A stretch of DNA of 64,000 bases, taken from NCBI GenBank assembly GCA_951406725.2, contig OX597818.1:65906001-65970000 (forward strand), read 5' to 3'. Position numbers and translations under genes: made by a program. Positions 41,063 to 53,850 of the stretch are shown one piece after another. The notes under the pieces were generated by a model. That model had not been told where the DNA came from and ran no database searches. It worked only from the letters and a program-made list of their open reading frames with translations. Source of the stretch: Octopus vulgaris. Its lineage: Eukaryota. Positions within the stretch are counted from its first letter, which is position 1. Each line of letters begins with the position of its first letter.

Positions 41063-41236
41063 GGTGTGTTTCCGTCCCCGTAACATAGCGGTTCGGCAAA
41101 AGAGATCGATAGAATAAATACTAGTCTTACAAAGAATAAGTCCTGGGGTCGATTTGCTCGACTAAAGGTGGTGCACCAGCATGGACACAGTCAAATGACT
41201 GAAACAAGTAGAAGAGTAAAAATGAGTAAAAGAGTA
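41063..41236 (+). mobile_element. SINE-B 3' half
   Basis: GTCCCCGTAAC..GCGGTTCGGCAAAAGAG..GACTGAAACAAGTA..GAGTAAAA tail. Confidence 0.85.
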
Positions 41237-41382
41237 TCGTTCTCGACACAATCAAAGAGATGAGCAACTGAAACTCATATGTCCTTTGAGACAGGTGAAA
41301 GCAGTTTTGGCACAACTTTGACAGACACACTTATTTTTGGTGACGTCCTGTACCTATATATTCATATATATATATGCATATA

Positions 41383-41429
<47 letters not shown>

Positions 41430-41432
41430 ATG

Positions 41433-41469
<37 letters not shown>

Positions 41470-41505
41470 AGTATGTATATGCATATATAGATATATGTAT
41501 ATAGA

Positions 41506-41567
<62 letters not shown>

Positions 41568-42742
41568 TCTGTGTGGATGTTTATGTCTGTGGCGTTAGTG
41601 TGTGTGCGTGTTTTGTCGAGTATATATGTGTAGATAGAAACATTTCAATTTTGTATGGATTTGTATCAAATGATGACTGTTACGTAATACATATTTTATA
41701 ACATTTAACATTCTTCATTTTCCGGTAACTACCTATATAGATGTAACTATTTCACTTTAACTCTGCAGTTGTACCTCAGAGCGAAAACATTTATGGTGTT
41801 TTATGAAGATACCACAGTCAGTGAGAAGTGTCATCATATTCAATATCACATCATTATATAGTAAAACACAAACATATTGAAGCCAGTTATATGATAGGAA
41901 ATGGGAAAATGAGGAGGTTAATAGAAAACACTAGAATATCATTCCAATCGTATGTCCACAAAAAATAATTGGAATCCGTTGAGGGTCCTCATTCGGGTAT
42001 CTACGTAGAGAAGCCATGGAAACTTAATAATATCCTTTCACATTCTGACGCTGTTTTATTTGACCCACACGTTGAATATAGAGTTGAATAATAAATTGTT
42101 TATATCTGTTAGATTCTTACAGTGCTGGACAAAATATTCCTTGATATTATCTACTTCTCGCTAATATTAAAATACAAGTATTCTGGGGAGAATATACCGA
42201 AATTAAATGCTTCAGTCCTCGGGTTAACTGGGTCTTGCAAGATAGAAACACAAACCATACACACATATACACACGGACACACACGCACACAAAAACACAC
42301 ACACATACACACCTACACACAAACATAAGCACACACTTGATTTGGTATATGGGAACTGAAAGTAGAATATGGTGTGTGTGCGTACATGTATGGCCAACAA
42401 CTGGTCTTCCACAAACAACCCACCCTGGACTTGTGCCACAGAAGAAAACTTTCTAGGTCCAAACCCATTGTCATTAGTGTCCTAATCAAGACTTTACCCT
42501 TAAACGTTATACATGAATGATTGTATACCAGCGTGGGTAAGAGTGTGGTATTTTGTGTCATACTATACACCCACACACACACACCAACACACATATATAT
42601 GAATATATATTCATACATGTATACTCGATACGTAAAAATACTTTCTCACCTTCCCGAGTGTTGAGCTAATACACCTGTTTGTTATTTACACACGTCTTCG
42701 TCTTTTTATGCAAAAATCCAACTATATATGTAAATATGTATG

Positions 42743-42779
<37 letters not shown>

Positions 42780-42886
42780 GTGTGTGTACTTCCATACACA
42801 AAGACACAGACACACACACACATACATATATATAATATGTGTGTGTATGTGTGTGTGTGTGTGTACTTCCATACACAAAGACACAG

Positions 42887-42925
<39 letters not shown>

Positions 42926-44399
42926 CAGGCATAGTCAAACAAACATACACTTGAAAAGAAATGCTTCAACTAGTGATGGTATTTTTTTTAAAGTCTTATC
43001 GTCGTGTGGATATAGGTTGCCTAGCAACTAAAACAACAGCAGCGCCACCAATAACGGTTGCAACAGCAATTACTCGCACGTTGCCTTGCACTTGCTCTCG
43101 TTTGTTGGATTTATATGTAATTTAACTCTCACTCGAAAGCGATCACGTGTGTCGATGTCGCCAACGGACATAAAATGATTATTAACCAAAGTACCAATGT
43201 TATGACTCACACTATCTTGATCTGTAAATATGTATATTAGCATATTAATTGAACCATTTAATAGTCTGGTTTCGTTTGATTTTAATGCATATATTTTCGA
43301 TTTAATTTTATTGTTTTATTATAAACACTTTTCATAATCAGTTAATTAATAATTATTTATTTTATAATTAATAATTAAAATGTCTCTTTGATGAAATATT
43401 TAAATAACTAATTTAATCGTGTTTGTCTTTCAGATTATGTCTTCTTCAGACACATGACAATAGCAAGTCTACTGTAACAAAAAATCTAACCTTCACATTA
43501 AGCAAAGGAAAATAAATATTCCACTGATTCGTAAGACAGGGAAATGTATTTCTTAACATTCACTTCGTTATAAATTAAATATAAACTTAGTGAAGTTTCA
43601 AATGCGACTAAAAGCAAATGATATCTTTGATTTAAATAATGAAATTTTTCTTTAGAAGTGTAAGAATTTTATTGCGTTTAGTGTTGCAGCCTAGAGGTTC
43701 AATCGTCATGTCTCACCAGGAACTCTTCGTGTGATATCTCTTACTGAATGTTTAAAAGACCAGTCTCTGGGCTGAGGTTTTGTTTGATCGTGTGTCTTTA
43801 GCGAAGGCGTTGGCATCTGCTTTGGACAAGATCTCCGCCAGTCTCGCCTAGAATCAAAACTACTGTGAAACGAAAGTATTGTGTAAATGGAAAAATAAGT
43901 TGTGGTATGTCGAAGGAACTTGTATTTCCTGTCAAATTTATTGAACACCACAAGATAAAACAACAAGAGGTAAGTTGAGATTTATTAGAGGTGGGTAGTT
44001 GCTGAAGTCTTAAGAACAGAAAGGTAAACAAAAAAGAAAAAAATATATTCTCTGTTATTTATTATTGATACCTAAGAACTAAGTTCAAATTCCAGTGAGG
44101 TAAACTTTCAGTCTTATTTTTGGCGTAGTCAGTATATGAAATGCTCACCGAAATATTTGAGCGTGTTTAGTTGTTAGAGTATCAGAGATAAGATATTCAA
44201 CAGTTAGACGTTAGGGAAATAACTCTGCGTTGGCAATTTGCGTTCTGAGTTGAGTTTTTCAGCCTAATTTCAGTCGCATAAATAGGAATGATATTCGCGG
44301 CGCTGCAACCGAGTTGTATGTCTAAGTGCAAGCTTCCGAGGAATTCCATTTGAAAACGCAAAAAGAACAAAAATTAAATAAATGAATAAATAAATATAT

Positions 44400-44511
44400 A
44401 AGTACTAGGCTTACAAAGAATAAGTCCTGGGGTCGATTTGCTCGACTAAAGGCGGTGCTCCAGCATGGCCACAGTCAAAATCACTGAAGCAAGTAAATGA
44501 GTAAAAGAGTA
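44400..44511 (+). mobile_element. SINE-B 3' fragment
   Basis: AGTACTAGGCTTACAAAGAATAAGTCCTGGGG..GTAAAAGAG. Confidence 0.85.
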
Positions 44512-45396
44512 TAGGAAAGCTAGAAACAAGTGCCAGAGATATCTGGTGGTGGATATACGAAAGAAGCCCGTCAGTAGATTTCACTCATCTGAGACATTAT
44601 CATCATTTAACAATTAAAAACAGCAAATAAATTTCAGTTACAAACCGATAAGTTATCACAGGAGATAACATATCGATATGTGGTAGTAGACTTTTCTGGG
44701 GATATTTTTGCAATGAATATCGCTCCTAAATATTTCTGAAGAGTCTTTAGGTGAGAGGTTGCATTTCAATTTTTATTCTCTTTGACATATGTATTTAGGT
44801 TTAGGTACCAGAGAGAAATGTCTTGCAAGGATTAAACTTTCTGAAAGACGCAAATAAATTCTTCCAGTGAAATGTGTTTTGCCATATTGAGATATAATCG
44901 TTATATTTTAGTCAGGCTAATAATTGTATCTAAATAATGCTTTAAAATAATTGTAAAACCGACAGAAACACTCAGCCCTCATCGATGCAAGAGAAAATGC
45001 TGATTAACTGCGAAACATGAAAGATGAAACGAGTAACAATTAACGGGTGGCTGATAAGATCCGATTTATGGGTGAAACGTTGAACATGTCTGAAATATTA
45101 AAGAGTATAATTTCATCGTTTGATATTCTCCTGACGACGTCGTTACATGCAACCGTTGAAAGGCAAAATATTTGCCTCATTTCGACCGCACAAACTTGCA
45201 GAAAACTGAATCTCGCGCTGGAAATATAAAAAAAAATATCTCCACTGTTTAAACAGAATTGTGAATCTATTCATTTTGCACAGAGAAAGAAAGTAGCTCG
45301 CTGGAATTATGATACGTATTTGATTTAATAAAGATTCTTCTGGCTCCCTACCATTCGATATAGAGGGTACTTATGAATTCGTGTCACATTGTATTT

Positions 45397-45800
45397 TCTT
45401 TTATTCTTTAATTCGTTTTAATCATTTGACAAAGGCCATGCTGGAACACCGGCTTTAGTCGAACAAATCGACCTCAGAGCATTCCTTGCAAGCCTACTAC
45501 TTATTATATCAGTTTCTTTTGTCGAACCGCTAAGTTACGGGAACGTAAGCACACCAGCATCGGTTGTCAAGTGATATTGGGGGGGGGGACAAACACAGAC
45601 ACACAAACATAAACATACACATACACATACATATATATACATGTACATATATACGACGAGATTCTTTCAGTTTCCGTCTACCAAATCCACTCATAAAGCT
45701 TTGGCCCGCCCCAGACTATAGTAGAAGATACTTGTCCTATGTACACAGTGGGACTGAGCATGGAACTGTGTGGTTCGTAAGCAAGCTTTTTATCTACACC
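45397..45800 (-). mobile_element. SINE family B with deleted A-box head
   Basis: Diverged reverse copy lacking the GAGTGGCTGTGTGG segment. Confidence 0.8.
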
Positions 45801-45814
45801 TACAAATGTGTGAC

Positions 45815-45932
45815 GCTTACAGTACCTACGTTTCCCAAGCGCTCACCCACCTAAGTACTAACTATGCTCCAGGTTGCTTAACTTCGGTGATCGGACGAGA
45901 ACTGGCGCTTTCAACGTGATATGGCCGTAAGA
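45815..45932 (-). pseudogene. 5S rRNA pseudogene (near full length)
   Basis: Minus strand CTTACGGCCATATCACGTTGAAAGCGCCAGTTCTCGTCCGATCACCGAAGTTAAGCAAC..TTAGTACTTAGGTGGGTGAGCGCTTGGGAAACG..CTGTAAGC. Substitutions in helices, no oligo-T terminator, solitary. Confidence 0.85.
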
Positions 45933-47258
45933 GAAACTGTATATATCCTGTCTCAACACTTTGGGAAGATGCTAAACTGATATTCTTGAGATCTGATCTT
46001 AGTTACGATAGATATACCTGGTCGCTATTGACATAATTCGCTTGAAGTTACAAAGTACCCGATAATTTTTTACCTGTTCAACTAAACAGAAATCAAAATG
46101 CATCTGTGTTCAGTCAATGGTTGAGTAAAAACTGCAGAATCGCATTGTTACTGTAAAAGAAAGCCAAAGATTATATATAAGAAGGAAGAACCAGATATAT
46201 AATTATATATATACATACATATATATATACATACATATATATATACATATATATATGTATGTATGCATATGTTTATGTATGTATGTATATATATGTATAT
46301 GTATATTTATATTTATGTATTATCTCATAAACAATAGATTTCTATAAGTTCGGAAGCTGACAGTCTAGACTTGTCTTTCTTCCTGACAAACAGTCATAGC
46401 AAATTTCTTATGTTTTGCATAATCATTGAATGTGTATCGGGAAACTAATTGTTACCTATTAATATTCAATGCAATAGAAGCATTTCCCTCAGAAAGAAAT
46501 TCTTTAAACCAGCTCCTCAGGTTCTGTTCTTTTAGTGAATGTCTTTCTCTGCATTCTAATTTTTTATATATTACGTCTCTCGTAATCTATGTGTATAATT
46601 GTATACACCCCCGTAGTTTGTGCGGGGGAATAAATCGTAATGGGCAAGTGTGTCTTTTATGGAACAATTCCTTTGTTCTGATTCTTTAATGTCCCCCACA
46701 CACTTTATTCTCCTTTATGTTTCAATCGCATTCCACCCACAACCCCACACCCACCGCACTTAAAAAAATATAATACTAAGAAATTATTATAGGTTAATAG
46801 CATCACCACTTAACATCCGTCTCTCTCTCTCTCTGCCCTTCACTTTTCCCCCTTCTTTCTATCTCTCTTACAATGTCGACATCTAGCCTCGTCTCTTCAC
46901 CTGTCTCTCTCTTACTCTTACTCTCTCTCTCTCGCTCTTTTTCCCAACACGTTATTGTGTCTCAATTATTGTCACAATGAACTCACCGAGACGGTTCTTC
47001 CACCGTTTTCCATATTGGATTAACCGTGTTTACATACAAATTTTCGGCACAATCATAACAATAGTCGTTTCTAGAAACAAGCAAACAATATTGTACTTAC
47101 GTAAGATACTATTTTTTCTTTTCTTCAATAATTTTGCGATGCATTTTCATTGCCGAACCTCTACATTAAATGAACACATCATCGCTCTTTGTCAGGTGGT
47201 GGTGGAACAAACACACACACAAACAAACAAACACACATGTAGGAACGCATGCATATCT

Positions 47259-47670
47259 CTTTTACTCTTTTACTCTTTTACTTGTTTCAGTCATCTGACT
47301 GCGGCCATGCTGGAGCACCGCCTTTAATCGAGCAACTCGACCCCAGGACTTATTCTTTTGTAAGCCCAGTACTTATTCTATCGGTCTCTTTTGCCGAACT
47401 GTTAAGTAACGGAGATATAAACACACCAGCATCGGTTGTCAAGCAATGCTAGGGGGACAAATACAGACACACAAACACACACGCATATATATATATATAT
47501 ATATATACGACGGGCTTCTTTCAGTTTCCATCTACCAAATCCACTCACAAGGCTTTGGTCGGCCCGTGGCTAAAGTAGAAGACACTTGCCCAAGGTGCCA
47601 GGCAGTGGGACTGAACTCGGAACCATGTGGCTGGTAAACAAGCTACTTACCACATAGCCTCTCCTGCGCC

Positions 47671-47671
<1 letters not shown>
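47259..47671 (-). mobile_element. SINE family B, full length
   Basis: Reverse complement of the 37399 type. Confidence 0.9.
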
Positions 47672-47717
<46 letters not shown>

Positions 47718-47734
47718 GTACACACACATATATA

Positions 47735-49025
47735 CAAGGTGTTTCAAAAAAAAAAATTGATATCATTTTGCAACCTAATAACTTTGCCAGTTCTTGTTCA
47801 AATGACTTCAAATTTGAACAGCACGTGTAGAAGCAGGTCAAAAGTTTACGTTCAATATTTGATATGTTTATCCTTTCAGATATAAAATTGGCATTCACTG
47901 GAACAGAAAAGGTGTTTTGTGTGTTGGAGTATGCTCGAACACAGTCGAACAAGACTGTGCAGCGTGCATTTGTGACAGAATTCTCTAAATAGTCACCAAC
48001 GGCAATGCATATTTAGACACCGCACAAAAATTCAATGAGGAAGGCTGTTTGTGCAGGGCAAACGGATCTGGCCGACCACTAACATCGAAAGAGACTGTCG
48101 AGCGGGTTCGCCAAAAACACTTGCGAAGCTCCAAGATGTCCATAAGAACAACAAGCCTGGAAACCCAGATTCTTCCAATGTCAGTTTGGCACATCCTGAC
48201 GAAAAATGCTAATGAAACCCTATAAGCTGCAGCTCGTTCAGCCCATAACGGTAATTAACAATCGGAAGTGCAAACATAACGCTATGTAAAGGGCCTGGTC
48301 TCTATAACCCCACTTCCTGCAAAGCTAGAGGAACTCGAGCAGAGAATCACTCCTGCACTGGAGACTGTTCCCCAAGACATGCTACAGTGTGTTTGGGAGC
48401 AGCTGGACTACCGATTTGACGTGTGCCGTGTCTCATGAGGTGCACATATTGAACATTTGTGAAATCGCTCATAGAATCCACCTACCTTTGGATTTCTCAT
48501 TCAAATTTGGAGGTATGAATCTTATGTTGCTCAACATTAAACCTATTTTGTTTCATTTGCTTTGACTCTCTCTTTTCTCTTTTACTTGTTTCAGTCATTT
48601 GACTGCGACCATGCTGGAGCACCCCCTTTTAGTCGAGCAAATCGACCCCGGGACTTATTCTTTGTAAGCCCAGTACTTATTCTATCGGTCTCTTTTGACG
48701 AACCGCTAAGTGACGGGGACATAAACACACCAGCAGCGGTTGTCATGCATTGCTAGGGGGACAAGCAGAGACACACAAACACACACACACACATACATAT
48801 ACATATATATCTACATATATACGACGGGCTTCTTTCAGTTTCCGTCTACCAAATCCACTCTCGGGGCTATAGCAGAAGACACTTGCCCAAGATGCCACGC
48901 AGTGGGACTGAACCCGAAACCTTGTGGTTAGTAAGCAAGCTACTTACCACATAGCCACTCCTGCGCCTTTGTAGTTTCTGTGATATTTACATCTCAAATG
49001 GTCTAAAATTTTTGGAAACACCCTG
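47735..49025 (+). mobile_element. Internally deleted Tc1/mariner (DUF4817-HTH, DD37D-like) transposon with TIRs and TA TSD
   Basis: TA|CAAGGTGTTTCAAAAA ... TTTTTGGAAACACCCTG|TA. Pseudo-ORF 47888-48462 AFTGTEKVFCVLEYARTQSNKTVQRAF..KPYKLQLVQ joins the C-terminus ..LEQRIT..DVCRVS*GAHIEHL. The catalytic domain is absent. Confidence 0.85.
48563..48968 (-). mobile_element. SINE family B nested in the transposon
   Basis: Full reverse copy between the transposase stop and the right TIR. Confidence 0.9.
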
Positions 49026-49250
49026 TATATATAACAACAACAACGACGACGACGATGATAATGATGATGATGATGAGGAGGAGGAGGAGGAGGTGGAGGA
49101 TAATAATAAATATCAAAACCAATTTCTGTGTGTCAATGTGTCAAACTTTTATCCCTCTCTCTCACTATTAAAGGACACTTCTATTACTCTTACTGCGGTG
49201 AAAGTAATTGTACGCATAGATACGATGAGGGCGGTAGTAGAGTGGCAGTT

Positions 49251-49484
49251 GAGACGGTTATGGCAGAAACTTTAGCATCTCGGGCGAAATGCTTAGTGGT
49301 ATTTCATCTGCCGCTACGTTCTGAGTTCGAATTCCGCCGAGGTCGACTTTGCCTTTCATCCTTTCGGGGTCGATTAAATAAGTACCAGTTACGCACTGGT
49401 GTTGATGTATTCGACTTAATCCGTTTGTCTGTCCTTGTTTGTCCTCCCTGTGTTTAGACCCTTGTGGGTAGTAAAGAAATAGGT
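49251..49484 (+). mobile_element. SINE family A monomer
   Basis: Head, core and AAAGAAATAGGTA tail. Confidence 0.88.
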
Positions 49485-50049
49485 AATGGGGTGATAGTAG
49501 TAGTATGAGATGTGTTGTGATTTAGGTGGAAGCGACAGTGACGATGTTGATGGTGGTGTTTGTGGTGGTAGATGAGGCGGTCAAGCATGACCGTAATAGT
49601 AAGTAGTGAAAGGCAGTGGTAATGGCGTCAGTGGGAAGGCGGCGAGGTCAAAGGTGTTGATGGTGGTAGCTTCAGAAGTTTAAACGGTGTGTAGAACAGT
49701 TGTGGTGGCGATGGTTGTAGTACTGGTGATGGTTGAAAACAATCAATAGGAAGAGAGAGAGAGAGAAAGAGGTCAGACGGCAAAAATTGTACTGACCCCC
49801 GAATGAGAAGACAAAAAATGTTTATTATGAAGCTTTGCAATAAGTTCCAAGTCGACAACCCGGTGCCGGGTGGCTGGAAGTAAACTTCTTACCATAGAGA
49901 CACGCCAAAGGAATTTTATCAGCACAGTATGCAATCAAAGAGAGCGATTCGAAAATCTTATGCCTGCTATTTCAGGCAGGTCTAGCCACCCTTTAGAAGA
50001 CCCTCCCATGAGTTTGTGGATCTGTTGTTGTTGAGTCATTTGATCACAC

Positions 50050-50960
50050 ATATATGATTGCCTCGAGAAACGCATTTTACTTCGGATGTTGACGACTTAG
50101 TTTAACGGACCCTTGATTTATTTCTGTCGGGTAAATCAATATGGCAACTACGATAGGAAAATGAAAGGATAAATATATTTGTATCTCACGCAGAATTGCG
50201 ATAAATACATTCAATTGCTAACATTTCATTAATAGGGATAACCGACACTGAATGAATTGCAGCAGTTACTGACTTCCTTGAATGCAGGAATATAATTTAT
50301 GATGTTCAGGACGTTGGTAGTGCATTAACGATAGGAAATGACAGTTGCAACATGGATCGCACATTTAGTTTGCCAGAGAGCTTAGCATAGAGGCAAGAGA
50401 GCCCGATAACTTATAAGATATATATGGACGTGTGACACTTGTGCAAACAGTGACAGTATCACTATCAAATATCACCCTGCCATTGTGAAAGAAGTGCAAC
50501 ACAATTATAAAAGATAAACATTCTTTCTCACAGATATTGAACAAAATGTCTGATTTATGAAAGTTGAAAGACACTCCTTCGTTGGTATTTCCGTGGAAGA
50601 AAATTTTGGCTGAATAACAAAAGGAACAAATTTATTTGCAAAACGAATCATAAGTTATTTTGAAAGAATTGGAATTGAATCAATCGGAAATATTTCGCGT
50701 TTAATTGGAGCGATTAAATAAGTCTTCATTGTTAGCAGTTCTGTAGGCAGCAAAATATCCGTGTTACATACTGGAAGAACCATTATTGACAGTCAATAAA
50801 AACAACATTTTAAATTCTTATGAGTTGTCAAGCTTTTTCTTTGCATGACTCGAATTTAGTCACTGACATAGATCCTCCGAAAGAAACTAAATTGTATTTA
50901 ACTGTTTTCTCAGTTATTCAATGCCTGGAATCACACAAGATGCAAGTGATTGTTTTTCCT
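50050..50960 (-). pseudogene. Possible very decayed Helitron PIF1 helicase remnant
   Basis: Faint motifs in the expected order on the minus strand (FGG; LPV; HHKL; FPI..NKS; SRG..YV), all disrupted. Confidence 0.3.
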
Positions 50961-51169
50961 TTTATCTCCCAACACACGTCTCAGACCAGTTCTTTTAAAT
51001 ATTGAAATGTACGTCTACGAAATCAGATGGAATCTTCACTCTTTAATTCAAAATTCATTTCTTATAGGCATTATTTGCATACACTCACACACATACACAT
51101 ACACACTCACACCGATACACACATACACAAACACATCTTGTCGTTTTACGGTAATTCATTAAAACAAAA

Positions 51170-51718
51170 GCATGAGTAGAACAATTCCATCATCTATTTT
51201 TTACACGGACTTACCTATTTGATGCAATATTGCAGCAGTTTAGAAAGGTGCTTGTTCCAAATGAGAAGTTGTCCAGTCGGTGCCACACCTATTTATGCAC
51301 CCCCTCCTGCACTTCTTCGTTTGCAGCAAACCGAAGACCTCAAGGTCCAGATTTGAGAGGTCGGAGACATTAATAGTGGAATGAGATCTGGATTGTATGT
51401 AGGATATTCTTACAATTCTAATCCCAGTTCGTCAAGGCTGTCTTCGGGATGTGCGGTTGTATGCAGGCGGGAAATTTGGCTCAAAAATAACATTTGGTTT
51501 GGCAAAAGACTTTGCCTTGAGTTACTAGTCACAGTTTATTATTTACATTATTTACATTATTTAAATTTGACGGATATTTGCCCTCATCTTGTTTGTTGTT
51601 AAGTCTACATTTCGAGTGATATAACCTCCAGCCTTCATCAGGTGTCTTGGGGAAATTTCGATCCTGGGTTCTCATTCCTAAGGTATTTTAGGATGTTATA
51701 ATGATGATGATGATGATG

Positions 51719-51776
<58 letters not shown>

Positions 51777-52440
51777 TAATAATAATAACAGAAAAATAAC
51801 TTAGGAAAGAGAACCTAGGTTCGAAATTTCCCCAAGACACCTGATCAAGGCTGGAGGGTATATCAGCGGAAACGTTGTGTTAACATCAAACTAGATGAGG
51901 ACAAATATCCGTCAAATGTAAATAATGCAAACAATGTACATAATTCCTCTTTTAAATATAGAACTGTGGCTTGAGTTTGTAGGCGAACATTTCTCTGTAG
52001 ACTACACTGATGACGCTACACCCTCTTTCCAAGTACTTTTCCAATACAGGACAATTAGTGGCCCCCAAAATAGTCAGCATCACTTTTTCGTGCGGAAGTT
52101 TGAGACTTTAGTTTAATTTTCGTTGTAGATTCCGGGTTCTTCCATTCCTTAGTCCACCTTTTGCATTCTGGTTCAAAGTGCTCAACTACCGTCTCATCTC
52201 TTGAGACTAATCACTGCAAAATAGTTTCGGCTTCACGGTTGTAGCTGTCGAGTACGCTTTCACAAACCTCCACAGAATTGCTCTTATGCACTTCACTAAT
52301 ATTTCTTGGTACCATTCCCGGATACACTTCACGGAAGCGAACTTTGTCGTGCTGAGAAGCATCAGTAATTTGTAGAGGCGAAGCTATCTCATGGATGGCC
52401 ACTGATCCGTTTCTCAAAACCATCTTACGAGATCACTGAG
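51170..52440 (-). mobile_element. Decayed mariner transposon, interrupted at 51531-51967
   Basis: N-terminal ..MVPRNISEVHK (WVPR motif), YREMFAYKLKP, and past the insertion LLPNQMLFL..EYPTYNPDLIP (YSPDLAP motif). Confidence 0.7.
51531..51967. mobile_element. Second inverted pair of HHR-bearing units around (AAT)n
   Basis: Arms ~51537-51690 (minus) and 51791-51967 (plus). HHR motifs at 51601-51646 (minus; core intact, stems decayed) and 51836-51881 (plus; CTGATCA, G8 changed to C). Confidence 0.8.
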
Positions 52441-52929
52441 TATTATAGCATAATACATGAATATAAAAAAGATATCTGCTTCAGTTTTCTTTTTCATACT
52501 AATCCTGAGATTAAAACATTATCACCCTCTCCTTGTAACGAATATAGCACTGAGAGGAAACCATACAATATATTTTCCAATTATAGATTTGATTAAACTG
52601 AATAAATTCGTCATTGGTTTTCATTTAAAATAAGGTAACAAATCTCTGCATCATTCAAAATGCTTCAACTAACAATTCATCTCACGTGACATTGATGTTA
52701 TTATTCCAGCAAGACAATTTTCGAAAGAAAGTTTGCAAAATTAATCAGCAAAATAATTTGATGGAAGTGTAGACATATTAGGAGGCAACAAAATCTGTGA
52801 TATCAATAAAACTCCTGGTGAATGGTAAACACTAGATTTGGAAAACATTTTATCAGAAGAGACAATGTATACTAAATAAGTTCTAAATAAGTTCATTTAA
52901 ACATATTTATTAGTTTCATGTTTCAACTG

Positions 52930-52931
<2 letters not shown>

Positions 52932-53003
<72 letters not shown>

Positions 53004-53051
53004 CAGTTGAAATAATATATATATATATGTATATATATATATGTATACATA

Positions 53052-53106
<55 letters not shown>

Positions 53107-53133
53107 GTATATATATATGTATATATATATATG

Positions 53134-53198
<65 letters not shown>
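52932..53198. repeat. (TA)n microsatellite
   Basis: Seen directly. Confidence 0.95.
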
Positions 53199-53200
<2 letters not shown>

Positions 53201-53376
53201 GGGTGACGGGTTTAATGCGGGTCTTGTATAAATATGTAAATGTTAAATTAAATGAAACAACAAACCCAAGGCTTTAAGGAAATTTCAGGACATTTATAAC
53301 TCTACTATTTCCATCCTTTTCCAAAATAACTCTTCATATCGAACTCTATTATTTCCGTCTAACCATCTCAGATCAT

Positions 53377-53422
53377 GTCTGGTGAAGGGATATCCCTAAT
53401 ATCACAGAAACAGCTGTAAGAC
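53377..53422 (+). ncRNA. Hammerhead-like motif (family D) inside a short inverted repeat
   Basis: GT-CTGGTGA-AGG-GATAT-cccta-ATATC-aca-GAAA-CAGCTG-TA-AGAC, with palindromic ACAGCTGT stem III. 21-bp IR at 53279-53299 / 53430-53450. Confidence 0.45.
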
Positions 53423-53494
53423 TTTTTCTTTATAAATATCCTGAAAATTCTACACATCTCTGACTGTGTTGTCTCATTTTATAACACACACACA

Positions 53495-53545
<51 letters not shown>

Positions 53546-53569
53546 GTGCGTGTGTGCGTGTGTGTGCGC

Positions 53570-53850
53570 TTCCTAATCTTATAGTTCTGGTTTTAATCCC
53601 ACTGTGTGCAAGCTTGGACATGTATCTTGTACTGTAATCTCCTTGAGTGGATTTCGTAGATGGAAATTGAAAAGAGTCGTTATAAATATATGTGCGCACG
53701 CGAGATAGACGTCGCACCTGTTCTCTCCCATAGTAGCATGTGATATCCGGTGTTGGCATATTTATGTCCCCATAACCTGCCTTTTGGGCGTAATTAACTG
53801 TACAACGCTTAAGAAAACGTATGTTGCGGGTCGATTCATTCGACTGAAGT
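53570..53850 (+). mobile_element. Old degenerate SINE-B
   Basis: TAATCCCACTGTGTG..GAGTGGATTTCGTAGATGGAAATTGAAA..GGGTCGATTCATTCGACT. Confidence 0.55.

Noticed and set aside
43434-43969. AG/GT-bounded segments as coding exons
   Set aside because: The first has stops in all three frames, and neither gives a convincing ORF; at most non-coding exons.
45047-45165. CTGATAA..GAAACGTT and CTGACGA..GAAA as HHRs
   Set aside because: Stem I is absent and stem II is weak; compatible with chance.
45815-45932. Functional 5S rRNA gene
   Set aside because: Helix-breaking substitutions, no T-run terminator and no tandem array.
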